In this document: one piece after another, positions 62,482 through 64,000 of the stretch
Numbering within the stretch: the stretch's first letter is position 1
How the letters are laid out: each line of letters begins with the position of its first letter
NCBI GenBank assembly: GCA_963665775.2
Contig: CAXXTF010000001.1
Span: 704,001 to 768,000 of the forward strand
Direction of reading: 5' to 3'
DNA length: 64,000 nucleotides
Source of the DNA: Dehalococcoidia bacterium
GTDB taxonomy: Bacteria > Chloroflexota > Dehalococcoidia > SM23-28-2 > RBG-16-64-32
Notes under the pieces: generated by a model
Told to the model about the DNA's origin: nothing
Database searches by the model: none
What the model saw: only the letters and a program-made list of their open reading frames with translations
Program-made: the position numbers and the translations under genes

Positions 62482-63414
62482 TCACACTTGGAGTGCTCGT
62501 GCCACCATCTGCCAGCCTCGATCCTCCTGTCCCTCCAGCCGTCGCAAGTAGACCGTCGTCACCGCCAGGGAGCTGTGATCCAGGAATTGGCTTACGTCCT
62601 CCACAGATTCACCGGCGTCTCGTCGCAGCTTGGCTGCCGAATGACGGAGGATGTGAACGCCTGCCGGCGGCAGTTCGGCGTGGCGCTTGTAGCGTCGAAG
62701 GTTTCCGTAGAAGCTCCCGCTCGTGATGCCACGGCCTTCAACCGAGTGGCGGGATGGCCAAAGAGATTCGTCGGGGCTCATCGTGTCCAGGCTCTTGCCC
62801 CAGGCCGCAAGGGAGCGCTCGATAGCCTCGAATGCTGGTCGTGGAAGTTCTCTCTTCCCCTGCTTGCCGCCCTTGCCCCGATACGTGTAGAACAGGCCGC
62901 CGGTCTGCAAGATGTCTCCTGCCTTTAGGTTGAGTACCTTGGAGCGTCGTCGCCCGGTCAGCGTTAGGGTCAAGATGATGGCACGGTCGCGGAGGCCGGT
63001 TGGGGAGTCCGGAATTACCTCCAGCAAGCGGCGTATCTCCTCGGCGCTGAGTCCTCTGGGTGGACTAGGTGATGTGCGTGGCCGCTCGATCTCGTCACAC
63101 GGATTCGAGGATACGATCTTCATCCGGATGAGGAATCGGTAGAACGAGCTCAGGCAGGCAAGCCGGGCTCCCACCGTGATCGACGAGGGCTTCTTGCCGG
63201 AGAGCCTCACGCCGTGCGCGAAGACGAACACTTCCTGGCTGGTGATCTCGTTGGGCGGCTTCCCAATCGAGCCGAAGAAGTGCTGCAACATGCGGGAGTA
63301 GCTTTCGACGGTCCGGCGGGAGCCGCTGCGTCGCTCCTTCTCGGCGAGAAAGGCGTAAAAGGCCTGCTGCCAGCCTGGCGTCCGCTCGTCAAAGAGTACA
63401 ATATCGTCAGTCAT
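62482..63414 (-). CDS. Tyrosine recombinase/integrase
   Basis: SRRTVESY; LSSFYRFL; RDRAI...TGRR; GKGGK; HILRH; LDH; TTVY; AGGAGG RBS. Confidence 0.9.
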   Translation of the reverse strand: MTDDIVLFDERTPGWQQAFYAFLAEKERRSGSRRTVESYSRMLQHFFGSIGKPPNEITSQEVFVFAHGVRLSGKKPSSITVGARLACLSSFYRFLIRMKIVSSNPCDEIERPRTSPSPPRGLSAEEIRRLLEVIPDSPTGLRDRAIILTLTLTGRRRSKVLNLKAGDILQTGGLFYTYRGKGGKQGKRELPRPAFEAIERSLAAWGKSLDTMSPDESLWPSRHSVEGRGITSGSFYGNLRRYKRHAELPPAGVHILRHSAAKLRRDAGESVEDVSQFLDHSSLAVTTVYLRRLEGQEDRGWQMVARALQV

Positions 63415-63611
63415 GCTCACCTCCTATTCTCAAGTCAGTTAGCATGTTCCCTCTACCGCACACGAAGTCAAGTTAGTGTGCGCTTCTATTGCCACTAGTT
63501 GGTCGCTATAATCGCCCCAGGAAACACGCCATATCCAGAAATGCGGCCGGGCTCAGGCATCAACTGGATGCACGCCGTAGCGGGGGCCGCGCCCAGAAGG
63601 AGGCGGTAATC

Positions 63612-63824
63612 ATGGCTAAGGGGGCCACTCTGAAGGTCCCGGCTATTCATTGTCGCGGCTGCTCGAACACCGTAACGAGGACCCTCGAAGCGCTGCCCAC
63701 CGTCCAGGTCACCCAGGCCGATCCAGAGTCGAAGCTGGTGCGTGTGCAGTTCGAAGAGTCAGCCGTTACCCTGGACCGGATCCGGGAGCGCCTGGACGAG
63801 ATCGGCTTCTGCCCAGAGGACTAG
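63612..63824 (+). CDS. Heavy-metal-associated (CopZ-like) chaperone
   Basis: LKVPAIHCRGC metal motif; GGAGG RBS. Confidence 0.85.
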   Translation: MAKGATLKVPAIHCRGCSNTVTRTLEALPTVQVTQADPESKLVRVQFEESAVTLDRIRERLDEIGFCPED

Positions 63825-63843
63825 TGCACTAGGTAGCGCAACA

Positions 63844-64000
63844 ATGGCTACATCTCCGCTCGAAGAACCTCGCAAGGCCCTATGGGCCCGCGGGGGCGAG
63901 ACAGGTCAATTCTTGTTCGCGTTGGCCGTAGGGGCAGGCCTGGCCCTCATCAGCTGGTGGGCGGGGATACTGGACACTAACGTGTTTGGCGGCGTCTCGA
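63844..64000 (+). CDS. Membrane protein, 3' truncated by window
   Basis: ATG 63844; MATSPLEEPRK...FLFALAVGAGLALISWW; open to the window end. Confidence 0.55.
   Translation, partial: MATSPLEEPRKALWARGGETGQFLFALAVGAGLALISWWAGILDTNVFGGVS

Larger units (their letters stand above)
59311..64000. mobile_element. Integrative element inserted in comM (right end beyond window)
   Basis: Abrupt loss of comM similarity, adjacent serine integrase, tyrosine recombinase and cargo genes. Confidence 0.8.

Overview
GC-rich bacterial window, most consistent with Chloroflexota/Dehalococcoidia. This is an inference from the F420-dependent LLM oxidoreductases, a dockerin-repeat surface protein, an LPxTG tail, GuaB3 and gene style. 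About 1-29 kb is a patchwork of accessory metabolic and redox genes with IS3-family debris. About 29-59 kb is mostly housekeeping (pcm, xerD, eno, tRNA-Cys, tRNA-Leu, polyprenyl synthase, tatD, metG, rsmI, guaB3, prmC, prfA, hisS, rel) and includes a polyprenol-phosphate-sugar/GT-C glycosylation locus. From about 59.3 kb an integrative element with a large serine recombinase interrupts comM. Main results from reading the DNA directly: (1) Two genes that the ORF track truncates appear to be selenoproteins, each with an in-frame UGA followed by a similar SECIS-like hairpin. One is a B12/radical-SAM enzyme with a C-U-A-E-P tail, clustered with NfuA, a Cys-bearing hypothetical protein and an ATP-grasp ligase. 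The other is an OsmC-family protein ending R-U-P-L-Y. (2) A peptidase-E/cyanophycinase-like hydrolase is fused to a CysRS-type C-terminal tRNA-binding domain, next to a paralog. (3) The serine recombinase ends inside the host comM antisense strand and is translationally coupled to an unannotated 52-aa ORF. All family calls come from motif recognition by eye; no database searches were run.
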